64,000 nucleotides of DNA from Rhodocyclales bacterium. GTDB taxonomy: Bacteria; Pseudomonadota; Gammaproteobacteria; Burkholderiales; Rhodocyclaceae. Shown piece by piece: positions 1-9,493 of this stretch. Within the stretch, counting starts at the first letter, position 1. Every line of letters begins with the position of its first letter. The notes under the pieces were generated by a model. It was not told where the DNA came from. It worked only from the letters and a program-made list of their open reading frames with translations, and ran no database searches. The stretch covers positions 18,633-82,632 of the forward strand of contig JAQGMG010000054.1 in the NCBI GenBank assembly GCA_028292485.1, read 5' to 3'. The translations under genes were made by a program, and so were the position numbers.

Positions 1-881
1 ATGAAGTGTGTGGCACGCGCGGCATCGAGCGCGTCGTCGCCGAATTTGATATCGGCGAGTTGGCCCTGGCCTGCGGACAGGTCACCTTCGTGCCGATCAC
101 CAATCCGCTGGCTTACCAGTTGCAGCAACGCATGGGCGATCGCAACCTCAATCGCAACCTGCGCCCGAGCGATGAGCCTCTCGACTACGAAGACCGCATC
201 GCCAACGTGCTGTGTCCGCTGCTGGCCACCCACGACGTATTGCTCGACCTGCACTCCTTCCACACGCCCGGCGAGCCGTTCGCCATGCTCGGCCCGCGCG
301 ACAACAGCGGCACGCTGGAGCCCTTTGCGCATGCCAGGGAAGAGGAAGCGCTAGCCGTGCGTCTTGGCCCGCGCCGCATCGTCGAAGGCTGGCTGGATAC
401 CTATGCGCGCGGCGTTGCCAATCGTCTTGCCTATGCCTCGGCGGACATGCGCGCGCAGATGCTCAGCACCGATCCGAGCTACGGCGTCGGAACCACCGAA
501 TACATGCGCACCCAGGGCGGTTATGCCATTACGCTGGAATGCGGACAGCACGCCGACCCTGCAGCGCCAGAGGTGGCTTACGAGGCTATCCACCGCACGC
601 TCGCCCTGCTCGGGCTGATCGACGCGCCAGCACCAGTGCCGCACCCGGCGCCTGAAGTGCTGCGTCTGGCCGAAGTCATCGACCGTCTGCATCCCGACGA
701 CAGCTTCATCAAGCCATGGAAAAGCTTCGACCCCGTGAAGAGCGGCGAGCCCATTGGCAAGCGCCATGACGGCAACATCGTCACCGCGCCACGCGACGGC
801 TTCGTCGTCTTTCCCAATCCCAACTCGCTGGCGGGCAACGAGTGGTTCTACTTTGCCGAGTCAAGTGATCGGGTGCTTTAG
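1..881 (+). CDS. AstE/AspA-family (succinylglutamate desuccinylase/aspartoacylase-like) hydrolase, 5' end outside window
   Basis: Frame is open from the window edge to TAG at 879-881. The track ORF contains the family-typical segments LDLHSFH and ITLECGQH. Confidence 0.65.
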   Translation, partial: EVCGTRGIERVVAEFDIGELALACGQVTFVPITNPLAYQLQQRMGDRNLNRNLRPSDEPLDYEDRIANVLCPLLATHDVLLDLHSFHTPGEPFAMLGPRDNSGTLEPFAHAREEEALAVRLGPRRIVEGWLDTYARGVANRLAYASADMRAQMLSTDPSYGVGTTEYMRTQGGYAITLECGQHADPAAPEVAYEAIHRTLALLGLIDAPAPVPHPAPEVLRLAEVIDRLHPDDSFIKPWKSFDPVKSGEPIGKRHDGNIVTAPRDGFVVFPNPNSLAGNEWFYFAESSDRVL

Positions 882-945
882 GAGCGAGATATTTCAGAGC
901 GCGCGGAGAAGCTGGTTAAGGTAGTCCTGAGCCAAGCGCGACTTG

Positions 946-2589
946 TTAAGGTTTGAGCGCAGCGCAGGAGGTGGGGCCAATCGCCCCACCGGGCTCCGCT
1001 GCGCCCCAAGTCATTGGATTTTCAGGAGGCGCTACCCGACCAGGCATACCCTCAAGCGCCAGCCAGGCTCTTGCGACGTCGCGATGTGCGATCAGACCTT
1101 TCGCTTTCATCAAATCTTCAAGCAAACTGGCTCTGCCACTGGCTTGAAACGCTTTATTCCACAGCACTAATGCGGGAACCGTCGTGTCATATCGTCCGTT
1201 TGAAGGCCCGGTGTGATAGCGCTTGCCGGTACCATCGGATGGCAGGTTTTCACCGTGATCACTCGTAAAAACCAGAAACGCGGGCTCAGTTTCTCGATCA
1301 AGTACCGCTGCGGCAAGCAATAGCACGCGTACGCCGTACTCTGCGGCTCGTCCGTAGCGAAACTCTTCAAGCGCATCGCCGGACAAGTTCGGCGGCTCCT
1401 CCCCGAATAGTCCGACTGGATAGCGCTTTTCATAATAAAAGTGCTCGCCGTACAAGTGCAGGAGCGCGGCCTTGGGGCCCGGCCCCGTGCGTTTGACAAA
1501 GTCGCCCAGCGCTTCGATGACTACTTCGTCATAGGCGTTCATATTCATTGACGAAGTTTTTTGGAGCAGATCATGCCCTGATTCAGGAAGCACCCAGATT
1601 TCCTGATTGTTTATGTATGCAGTTCTGGCGCCGCCCGCCTTGGCCATTGCAAGTAGTGTTGGATTACGGGCAGCACCTTCGACATCTGAGACGTCGACAG
1701 CCGTAAGTAACCTTGGGATTGAAGCGAAAGTCCCGTTTGCGCCTGCACAAGCGTCAGGCAAACGAATACCCAGCCCTGCTTGGATCCGTTCTTCGAGTGC
1801 TTCAGACCACTGCCCCCTCTTTGTCTGCAAGAATGCATCGGCCCGCAGCGATTCCCCGACGATGAAAACACCCAGTCCAGCGTTGGCGCTAAAAACTTTC
1901 TTCGCCGCAGAAGCTTCCCTGATTTTCTCCTCAAAGTCGTGGCTTCCGAACGCGGCACGATTGAGTGCCGAAGCCAGAGCTTCTTTTGCAATACCCATAT
2001 GGGATATCCAGACAACGGAAATTCGCGATTCAGGGCCGGCGATTTTCGCAAATGACAGGAAGCCCCCGCCATCGAGAATTACCGCCGAGATAGGCACAAG
2101 ACAACAAAGAAAGAGAACGCTGACAGCGCTGCCGGTTTGCCTCTGCGCTTTGCGCGTTACCCATAATGACCAGCAGCACGTGCCGAGTGTCAGTAGCGCT
2201 ACAACGATAAATGACGGTTTGGCGACCGCCAGGCTGGCGCCCATCAGTGCCTCTCTAAAGGCGCCCGCAGTGGCCGAGGCCATGACCGCATTGGAAGGCC
2301 CCGCCCCGGTAACGGCGATTGTTCCAATCCAGGCGAATGTCCAGGGAAGCGTCAGGATTTGAAGCCAGGCAGAAATGCGCATCCCCCGTCCCGGTGGGGA
2401 GGCGATCAGGAGAGCACATGCCAGCGCCCACACGGCAGCCTCCATCGGCCGAGCAAGAATGCCGGCGGACAAGGGCCATATTGCCATTGGCATAAGCGCG
2501 GTGATAAAAAGCCAGGCCCTTTGTTTTACATCGTCACCCAAACGGGAGCGCAGTTTTTTTCGCTCACTCATGTGAGACATTGCCCTCAT
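946..2589 (-). CDS. phosphoethanolamine transferase / sulfatase-family inner-membrane protein (EptA-like)
   Basis: 547-aa ORF with a multi-TM N-terminal half followed by a sulfatase-type domain carrying FTSDHGENL. Alternative ATGs lie at 2580 and 2571. Confidence 0.8.
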   Translation of the reverse strand: MRAMSHMSERKKLRSRLGDDVKQRAWLFITALMPMAIWPLSAGILARPMEAAVWALACALLIASPPGRGMRISAWLQILTLPWTFAWIGTIAVTGAGPSNAVMASATAGAFREALMGASLAVAKPSFIVVALLTLGTCCWSLWVTRKAQRQTGSAVSVLFLCCLVPISAVILDGGGFLSFAKIAGPESRISVVWISHMGIAKEALASALNRAAFGSHDFEEKIREASAAKKVFSANAGLGVFIVGESLRADAFLQTKRGQWSEALEERIQAGLGIRLPDACAGANGTFASIPRLLTAVDVSDVEGAARNPTLLAMAKAGGARTAYINNQEIWVLPESGHDLLQKTSSMNMNAYDEVVIEALGDFVKRTGPGPKAALLHLYGEHFYYEKRYPVGLFGEEPPNLSGDALEEFRYGRAAEYGVRVLLLAAAVLDRETEPAFLVFTSDHGENLPSDGTGKRYHTGPSNGRYDTTVPALVLWNKAFQASGRASLLEDLMKAKGLIAHRDVARAWLALEGMPGRVAPPENPMTWGAAEPGGAIGPTSCAALKP

Positions 2590-3166
2590 CCCGTTGTTCG
2601 AGTACCCATATGGTCGCGGGGGGAATATTGGTGAACACGACCTGCTTCTTTGCCCACGAAAGCCATGGACCCGGGCTTACGAATGGCACTTTGCCAAAAT
2701 AACTGTATTGGATAAATCGAAATCCCGGGTGCCTTGTACTCAAGACGCCGATGGCATCTCTTATCGCGTTGAGCTCACTATAGGGCAGCGAGCGCAAAGG
2801 CAACGAGGAGACGATGGTCAGTGGCTCCTCGGTGGGGAAGCGAAGCTTGTCGAGGCCGGAGGCACAGTCTGCCGTGATATTCAGGGAGGGATAGCGCTTG
2901 ATCAGCAGGTCTACAAGGCGGGCGGACTTCTCGATCACGATGAGATCGGACAATTGACTGCGGATCGCCATGAGGGACTTGGTGATGGCGCCGGTTCCTG
3001 CGCCCAGTTCCACAACGCAACCTGGCCGGCGTACCAGAACTTCTCTGGCGATTGCACTACCAAGCGGTTTTCCCGACGGGATGATGGATCCTATGCAACG
3101 CGGATCGCGCAACAGCTCCGCCCAGAACGTGAGCAACAATTTCAAATCTCGGGTTCCATGAGGCAT
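2564..3166 (-). CDS. class I SAM-dependent methyltransferase (phospholipid N-methyltransferase-like)
   Basis: 200-aa ORF with SAM-binding motif VVELGAGTGAIT. Its 3' end overlaps the start of the ept-like gene by 8-26 nt. Confidence 0.7.
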   Translation of the reverse strand: MPHGTRDLKLLLTFWAELLRDPRCIGSIIPSGKPLGSAIAREVLVRRPGCVVELGAGTGAITKSLMAIRSQLSDLIVIEKSARLVDLLIKRYPSLNITADCASGLDKLRFPTEEPLTIVSSLPLRSLPYSELNAIRDAIGVLSTRHPGFRFIQYSYFGKVPFVSPGPWLSWAKKQVVFTNIPPATIWVLEQRDEGNVSHE

Positions 3167-3441
3167 CTCACCACGCGAAGCATGGGAGAACGTTTTGAGT
3201 ACAGCGACTCATCGTACTGCTGGCATCGATTTTCGTCTTCGCGCGCGGACGGATGGTGCCGCGGCCTTACTCAACAAGCACAGCGCAATTATCCTGCATG
3301 TTCAATGCAGTCGGGCCAGTGAAGATGACCTGATGCAAGAAATATCAGAAGCAGCAAGAAAAGGCTTCCTTGGCTCACCACCAGTTGTTGTGCGCCAAGG
3401 CAGTAGCACCGCCGTTCATCCCGCTGCCGGACTTGCCGTTA

Positions 3442-3876
3442 CTAGTGCAAAGGCGACAGGCTGGCGTTCAGGCCGTCGAGGATTTTTGCCCAGCCGGCGT
3501 GCGTGCGTTCGACGTAGTCCGGCGGCACGCCTTCGTGAGTGAGACCCAGTATGCAGCCCGTCCCCTGCGCTTCAATGTCGATGGCGACGCGCGTCTTTTC
3601 CGGGCTGTACTGAGGCACGGCGAAATCGAAGACGAGCCGATGTGGCCGGTCGATGGTGACGTACTCGCCGACGTGCTCGACGTCTTCGCCATTACGCCGG
3701 TCCACGAATCGGAATGTGCCGCCCACGCGGGCGTCGATCTCCACTCGCACCATCTCGCCCTTGTCGGTGGCGAATAGCCACTTGCCGGCCTGGTCAGGAT
3801 TGAGCCACGCGTCGAAAACCTTGTCTGCAGGCACTTTGAAACTGTGGGTGACACGGACGTTCTTTGTATCGGTCAT
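3442..3876 (-). CDS. SRPBCC / Aha1-domain protein
   Basis: Internal ATG at 3876 with an AAGGA RBS. The 144-aa product MTDTKNVRVTHSFKVPADKVFDAWLNPD... is typical of the AHSA1/SRPBCC family. The upstream 102 codons of the track ORF look non-coding. Confidence 0.8.
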   Translation of the reverse strand: MTDTKNVRVTHSFKVPADKVFDAWLNPDQAGKWLFATDKGEMVRVEIDARVGGTFRFVDRRNGEDVEHVGEYVTIDRPHRLVFDFAVPQYSPEKTRVAIDIEAQGTGCILGLTHEGVPPDYVERTHAGWAKILDGLNASLSPLH

Positions 3877-4292
3877 GGTCTCATCCTTTGCAAGGCGGGC
3901 ATTGGCGTATCGCTGGGCCGCATCACTGTCGTACGCCAGATCCAGTAGATCAGGGGAATCTGCAGGGGCAGGCGCAGCAGCAGGAGCGCCTGGGCCGCGA
4001 TTGAATGGTCTGCCGCATGGGCATTGAGGAACATTTGTACATTGGCTGGAAATACGGCCAAAGACAAGACAATCAACCCGTAGCCGGCCGCGCGTTGCAG
4101 GCGTGCTTGCAACACGCCGAGACCGCCGGCAATCTCGCACACGCCACTGATCCATACCATCAGCAACGGCTGGGGAATCCACGGCGGAATGATATGTGCA
4201 TAGGTGCGCGGGAAGATGAAATGCAGCGTGCCGCCGACAACGAAGAACGTCGCAAGCAGTTTCTCGGAAAGGGTGTGCCGGGTTTGTTGCAT
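3873..4292 (-). CDS. DoxX-like membrane protein
   Basis: ATG at 4292 is preceded by GGAGA. Product is a 4-TM protein with a ...PANVQMF... segment. Its stop overlaps the SRPBCC start (ATGA at 3873-3876). Confidence 0.7.
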   Translation of the reverse strand: MQQTRHTLSEKLLATFFVVGGTLHFIFPRTYAHIIPPWIPQPLLMVWISGVCEIAGGLGVLQARLQRAAGYGLIVLSLAVFPANVQMFLNAHAADHSIAAQALLLLRLPLQIPLIYWIWRTTVMRPSDTPMPALQRMRP

Positions 4293-4326
4293 GCCGTCTC
4301 CTTGCATTGAGATCAGACCCACACGC

Positions 4327-4366
4327 TCGTCATTCCCGCGAGTTTTGGAAGACTCGCGGGAATGAC
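4327..4366. repeat. single-hairpin variant of the CGTCATTCCCGCG...CGCGGGAATGACG repeat family
   Basis: Inverted repeat of cgtcattcccgcgagt (4327-4342) with actcgcgggaatgacg (4351-4366). It shares its ends with the longer copies at 6516, 27042 and 31262. Confidence 0.6.
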
Positions 4367-4490
4367 GGCGGTGTCTTGATTCATTCTGTGCAGCAAATCC
4401 GGTACCTGCCTCCCGGTACTGCCGCAGTCCCGCCGCTATATGACTGAATACGTGGCGACTGCGAGGCCGGATTCAAAGAGGCGGGCTTGA

Positions 4491-5753
4491 CTATCGGGGC
4501 GGGAAAAACAGGTAAGCCATGCAGATCGCGGCAATGGCGCCGACCAGGTCGGCAATCAGGCTGCAGGTAATGGTGTGGCGCGTCTTGCGCACGCCGATTG
4601 CGCCGAAATACACGGCGACGACGTAGAAAGTCGTGTCCGTCGCGCCTTGCAGCAGGCAGCTCAAGCGGCCGGCAAAACTGTCGGCGCCGAAGGTTTTCAT
4701 CGTGTCGATCATCATGCCGCGCGCGCCGCTGCCGGACAGCGGCTTCATGAACGCCGTCGGCAACGCGGGCACGATGTCGGCGGGCGCGCCCATTGCGATC
4801 AGCGCGCTGGCCAGGCCGTGCATGAGGAAATCCATCGCGCCGCTGGCGCGGAACACGGCTATGCCGACGAGTATCGCCACCAGGTAGGGCACCACCATGA
4901 TCGCCGTGTTGAAGCCCTCACGCGCACCTTCGATGAAAGTCTCGAAGGCATTCACCTTGCGTCTTACCGCGAGCGCCATGAACGCCACGATCAGGCCGAG
5001 CAGTATCAGCCCGCTGATCAATGCACTGGTTGCACCTAGCTGCTGCGCAGACAAGCGCGCGAAGTACCACAGCGTGCCAAGCACGGCCATGGTCAGGCCG
5101 AGCAGCCAGGCAATGACAACGGGATGGCGCAGCTGGATTTTCTGGAAGAAACTCACCGAGATCAGCCCGGCCATGGTGCTGAAAAATGTTGCCAGCAGAA
5201 TCGGCAGAAATACGTCCGAGGGGTTCGCCGCACCGAGCTGCGCCCGGTAGGTCATGATGCTTACCGGCAGCAAGGTCAGGCTGCTCGAATGCAGCACGAC
5301 GAACAGGATCTGCGCGTCGGAGGCACGCTCCTTGTCGCCACCGTTACGTTCCGCATCCTGCTCGTTGAGTTCCTGCAATTCCTTCATCGCCTTGATGCCC
5401 ATTGGCGTCGCGGCGTTATCGAGGCCAAGCAGATTCGCGCTGATGTTCATCAGCATCGAGCCCGTCGCAGGGTGCCCGGCGGGGATGCCTGGAAACAGGC
5501 GCCGGAACAAGGGATCGACCAGTCGTCCGAGCATCTGCACCGCGCCGGCACGCTCGCCGATCTTCATCACGCCGAGCCAGAAACAGAGAATGCCGGTCAG
5601 GCCGAGACCGATCTCGAACGCCGTCTTCGACATCTCGAACGAGTCCTGCACGACCTTGCTGAAGACGCTGGCATCGCCGAGCACCAGCCACTGGAAAAGG
5701 CAGGCGACGAAGGCGCCGAAGAAGAAGAACAGCCAGATGAAGTTGAGGATCAT
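4491..5753 (-). CDS. nucleoside-recognition-domain membrane protein (SpmA/SpmB-like fusion)
   Basis: 420-aa polytopic ORF with the segment SANLLGLDNAATPMGIKAMKELQELN, typical of SpmA-type proteins. Confidence 0.8.
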   Translation of the reverse strand: MILNFIWLFFFFGAFVACLFQWLVLGDASVFSKVVQDSFEMSKTAFEIGLGLTGILCFWLGVMKIGERAGAVQMLGRLVDPLFRRLFPGIPAGHPATGSMLMNISANLLGLDNAATPMGIKAMKELQELNEQDAERNGGDKERASDAQILFVVLHSSSLTLLPVSIMTYRAQLGAANPSDVFLPILLATFFSTMAGLISVSFFQKIQLRHPVVIAWLLGLTMAVLGTLWYFARLSAQQLGATSALISGLILLGLIVAFMALAVRRKVNAFETFIEGAREGFNTAIMVVPYLVAILVGIAVFRASGAMDFLMHGLASALIAMGAPADIVPALPTAFMKPLSGSGARGMMIDTMKTFGADSFAGRLSCLLQGATDTTFYVVAVYFGAIGVRKTRHTITCSLIADLVGAIAAICMAYLFFPPR

Positions 5754-5944
5754 GACGCGCAGTTTAAACGCATGATCGAAGCCCGACCCGAAGCCTGCAG
5801 GGTAATGTCTGAAGAATGTTCAGCGGCGGGCCTCGCAGCCATGCCATCGCCAGGAATGGCGCGGGACCTTGTTCTTGGAGATGCCTGCCTGAAGAGGCCC
5901 TGCTGGCGCTGCTCTGCGGGCAATGCATCTAGCAGAATTTACCA

Positions 5945-6496
5945 TTACGGCCGTGAAACGAAGGCATTGCCTTCGATGTAAAAGCGCAGCAGCTCGTGCG
6001 CCCAGTCACCGGCATAGGCCACACCAATACGGGGTCGCTTCATGATCTTCAGGCGATCGCCCGATTCTGCTGCGGCGATGTAGAAATCGTCGCTCGTCAG
6101 ATCATGGCCATTGAGCGTGCGATCTATCCCCATCGCCTTGCACAACAAACCGGGCCCGCGCGTATTGCCCGGCAGGTTCTCGACCGGCTCCAGCGCACGG
6201 ATCAGCACGGCCGCGCCATGGCCTTCCGGTTCGGTGACGACGTTCATGCAGTTGTGCATGCCGTAGATGAGATAGACATAGGCCACGCCGGGCGGGCCGT
6301 ACATGACCTGTGTGCGCTTGGTGATGCCCTTCGACGAATGTGCAGCGAGATCGTGGGGGCCGAGATAGGCTTCGGTCTCGACGATGCGACCGATGCGTTC
6401 CACGCCGTCGACGCGATGTACGAGCAAGGTGCCGAGCAGTTCCTGTGCGACGGTGGTCGTGTCGCGGATGTAGAAATCGTGGGTGAGTTTTTTCAT
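5945..6496 (-). CDS. DNA-3-methyladenine glycosylase (AAG/MPG family)
   Basis: 183-aa ORF with family-typical segments IVETEAYLGPHDLAAHS and GVAYVYLIYGMHNCMNVV. Confidence 0.85.
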   Translation of the reverse strand: MKKLTHDFYIRDTTTVAQELLGTLLVHRVDGVERIGRIVETEAYLGPHDLAAHSSKGITKRTQVMYGPPGVAYVYLIYGMHNCMNVVTEPEGHGAAVLIRALEPVENLPGNTRGPGLLCKAMGIDRTLNGHDLTSDDFYIAAAESGDRLKIMKRPRIGVAYAGDWAHELLRFYIEGNAFVSRP

Positions 6497-6515
6497 TGCT
6501 TTATTGCGTGAGTCT

Positions 6516-6600
6516 CGTCATTCCCGCGAAAGCGGGAATCCACTTGATGGCACGGACCCGCATCGCGTAGAAGTGGATTCCCGCTTTCGCGGGAATGACG
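6516..6600. repeat. ~85-nt double-hairpin intergenic repeat (family B)
   Basis: Sequence is cgtcattcccgcgaaagcgggaatccacttgatggcacgg...gtagaagtggattcccgctttcgcgggaatgacg. Near-identical copies occur at 27042 and 31262. Confidence 0.8.
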
Positions 6601-6700
6601 AAGTTGAGGGGTGAATAGCGTAAAAGCAATACTTGCCTCCTGTCGCATCAACGCGGCAAGCTAACACGCACCGGTATCGAAGCAGTCAGAGGACGGCAAA

Positions 6701-8257
6701 GTGAAAACAAAGATCAAGGCGTGGCTTACCGTCCTGATGGCTTGCATCGGTATACAAAGCGTTTACGCCGCGCAGCACCCGGTTCTCAAGGTCGGCTCCA
6801 AGCGCTTCACCGAGTCCTACATTCTCGGCGAACTCATCGCGCAACAGGCGCGCCTGACTGGCGAAGCTCAGGCAGTGCACCAACGCGGCCTCGGCAATAC
6901 CGGCATCGTGCTGAATGCGCTCAAGACCGGTGACATCGACGTGTATGCCGAATACACCGGAACCATCGCCAAGGAAATTCTGCGGCTCGATGTCGTGCCT
7001 TCGCTCGACGCGCTGAACAAGCAACTCGCGCCTATGGGCCTGGCCGTCGCCGTGCCGCTGGGCTTCAACAATACCTATGCACTTGCGATGCGAACAGTCG
7101 ATGCCAATGCACGCCAGATCGCAAGTATTTCGGACCTGGCGAAGGTCACTGCGACGCAGCCGTTACGCTTCGGCCTGACGCAGGAATTCATCGGTCGTGC
7201 AGATGGCTGGGTGGGCTTGCAGCATCACTATGCCTTGCACTTCGCGACGCCACGCGGGCTCGATCATGGCCTGGCCTACCAGGCCCTTGCGCAAAGCCAG
7301 GTGGATCTCATCGACGTCTACTCCACCGACGCGATGCTGGAAAAATATCCGCTCACGGTATTGCAGGACGACAAGGCGTATTTCCCGCGCTATGACGCTG
7401 TGTTGCTGTATCGCGTCGACCTGCCACAACGTTTCCCGAAGAGCTGGGCCGCGTTGAACAAACTGTCAGGCGCGATCGACGATGCTGCGATGCGCCGCAT
7501 GAACGCTGCGGCAGAGCTTGGCGGCAAGGATTTTGCCGTGGTGGCGCAAGATTTTCTCGGACACACGACGACGCAGCCCTCCGTCAGAGAGGAGGCGCGC
7601 AAGAGCCTGGCGCGCTCATGGCTGCACGAACTTTTCCGGGAAGACTTCTGGCGACTGACCCTTGAACACCTGGCGCTGGTGTTCATTGCGCTCATCACCA
7701 GCATCGTGCTCGGCGTGCCGCTCGGCATCGTTGCAGCCAGGCGCCACAAGATCGGCGCGACCATTCTGGCGCTCACGGGCATGCTGCAGACCATTCCGTC
7801 GCTGGCGCTGCTGGCCATCCTGATCCCGCTGACAGGCCGCATCGGCCAGGTGCCGGCACTCATCGCGCTGGCCCTGTATGCATTGCTGCCCATCGTTCGC
7901 AATACGCATACCGGTTTGCAGCAAGTGCCAACGGGCATCACGCAGGCGGCGCAATCGCTGGGCCTGCGCAGCAAGACCATCATCTGGCGCATCGAACTGC
8001 CGCTGGCCGCCGCCACGATCTGGGCAGGCATCAAGACTTCTGCCGTCATCAGCGTCGGCACCGCCACGATTGCAGCATTTGTAGGCGCCGGCGGCTATGG
8101 CGAGCGCATCGTCACCGGGCTGGCGCTCAATGACAACGCCACGCTGCTGGCCGGGGCGATCCCCTGCGCGGTGCTGGCGCTGCTGATCGAAGCAGCCTTC
8201 AGCTTTGGTGAGCGCTGGATTATCCCAGCCGGCTTGCGCCGAGCCGCCAGGACCTGA
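6701..8257 (+). CDS. glycine-betaine/choline-type ABC transporter, fused substrate-binding protein + permease
   Basis: GTG start with a GAGGA RBS. A signal peptide and OpuBC/ProX-like binding domain are followed by a 5-6 TM permease domain. No ATPase gene is adjacent. Confidence 0.8.
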   Translation: MKTKIKAWLTVLMACIGIQSVYAAQHPVLKVGSKRFTESYILGELIAQQARLTGEAQAVHQRGLGNTGIVLNALKTGDIDVYAEYTGTIAKEILRLDVVPSLDALNKQLAPMGLAVAVPLGFNNTYALAMRTVDANARQIASISDLAKVTATQPLRFGLTQEFIGRADGWVGLQHHYALHFATPRGLDHGLAYQALAQSQVDLIDVYSTDAMLEKYPLTVLQDDKAYFPRYDAVLLYRVDLPQRFPKSWAALNKLSGAIDDAAMRRMNAAAELGGKDFAVVAQDFLGHTTTQPSVREEARKSLARSWLHELFREDFWRLTLEHLALVFIALITSIVLGVPLGIVAARRHKIGATILALTGMLQTIPSLALLAILIPLTGRIGQVPALIALALYALLPIVRNTHTGLQQVPTGITQAAQSLGLRSKTIIWRIELPLAAATIWAGIKTSAVISVGTATIAAFVGAGGYGERIVTGLALNDNATLLAGAIPCAVLALLIEAAFSFGERWIIPAGLRRAART

Positions 8258-8344
8258 CCCAGGCGCCGTTGGCCTCAGGCGTGGCGCTTGCGACCTCCCA
8301 TGCAGGGAGAAACCGTAAGCAACAACGCAAGCAAGGAGACCAAC

Positions 8345-8794
8345 ATGAAAACGATGAATCAGATTGGCATGACCATGGCCGCCGTGGCGGCGCTCACGCT
8401 GGGCGCCTGTAGCACGCCGCAAGGCCCGATGAGTACTTCAAGCAGCCAGAGCAATTATTACGGCATGGGCACGGTGCAATCCGTCGAGCTGGTAAAGCAG
8501 GACACCAGAAATGGCATCGGCCTCGGCACGGTCGCTGGCGCAGTGATCGGTGGCGTGGTGGGTAACCAGGTCGGCGAAGGCACTGGCCGGACAGCCGCGA
8601 CGGTCCTCGGCGCGGCAGGTGGCGCCTATGCCGGCAACCGCATCGAGAATCGCGATGACCAGGCCAATGACGCTTACAAGATTACTGTGCGTATGGACAA
8701 CGGCGAGTACCGCTCCTTCGTGCAAGTCAGCGACAATGGCCTGCGTACGGGCGACCGCGCGCGCGTGGAAAACGGAATCGTGCAGCGTTATTAG
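8345..8794 (+). CDS. SlyB-like outer-membrane lipoprotein (glycine-zipper 2TM)
   Basis: ATG at 8345 follows AAGGAGA. Lipobox LTLGAC and glycine zipper GAVIGGVVGNQVGEGTG are present. Confidence 0.8.
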   Translation: MKTMNQIGMTMAAVAALTLGACSTPQGPMSTSSSQSNYYGMGTVQSVELVKQDTRNGIGLGTVAGAVIGGVVGNQVGEGTGRTAATVLGAAGGAYAGNRIENRDDQANDAYKITVRMDNGEYRSFVQVSDNGLRTGDRARVENGIVQRY

Positions 8795-8875
8795 CATTCG
8801 TCCGCGGTCGGCGATCCACTTAGACTTGTCTGCATGAAGCGTGCATGATTGGCCTTCGACTCTGGAGGCCATTGC

Positions 8876-9427
8876 ATGACAAAGATCATTGGTATCGCCG
8901 GCAGCCTGCGTGCAGGCTCGTACAACGCCGCGCTGCTGCGCGCAGCAGTAACGCTGATGCCGGAAGACAGCGTGCTGGAGATCGGCACGATTCGCGGCAT
9001 ACCGCTCTATGACGGTGACGTGGAAGCGGCCGACGGCGTACCGCCTGCGGTGGCGCTGTTGAAGGACCAGATCGCCGCGAGCGACGGTGTGCTGATGGTC
9101 AGCCCCGAGTACAACAATTCGATACCGGGTGTGTTCAAGAACGCCATCGACTGGCTGTCGCGGCCGCCGGCCGATGCCGCGCGCATTTTCAGCGACCGTC
9201 CCTTCGCCGTGATCGGCGCGTCGCCCGGCGGCTTCGGCACCATCCTTTCGCAGAATGCCTGGTTGCCCGTGCTGCGCACGCTTGGCACGCGGCAATGGTT
9301 CGGCGGGCGATTGATGGTTTCGCGGGCGGGTAGCGTCTTCGACGAAGCCGGCGAATTGACGGATGAGAAGATCAAGGCGCAGCTGCAGCAGTTTCTGCAC
9401 GGCTTCGTGAGTTTCACACGGAGCTGA
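8876..9427 (+). CDS. NADPH-dependent FMN reductase
   Basis: ATG at 8876 follows GGAGG. Contains MTKIIGIAGSLRAGSYN and SPEYNNSIPGVFKNAIDW, typical of the family. Confidence 0.85.
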   Translation: MTKIIGIAGSLRAGSYNAALLRAAVTLMPEDSVLEIGTIRGIPLYDGDVEAADGVPPAVALLKDQIAASDGVLMVSPEYNNSIPGVFKNAIDWLSRPPADAARIFSDRPFAVIGASPGGFGTILSQNAWLPVLRTLGTRQWFGGRLMVSRAGSVFDEAGELTDEKIKAQLQQFLHGFVSFTRS

Positions 9428-9493
9428 GGGCGGGCAATCGTCAGACACACGCGGTATCCTTGCGCTCGCTCGTTTTCCCGGTTTCGCTTCTTC

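Noticed and set aside
1-60. Apparent replacement of the zinc-ligand HGNE-type motif by TRGIE at the start of the AstE/AspA-family ORF.
   Set aside because: The N-terminus is outside the window and I cannot align reliably by eye, so the residue equivalence is unproven.
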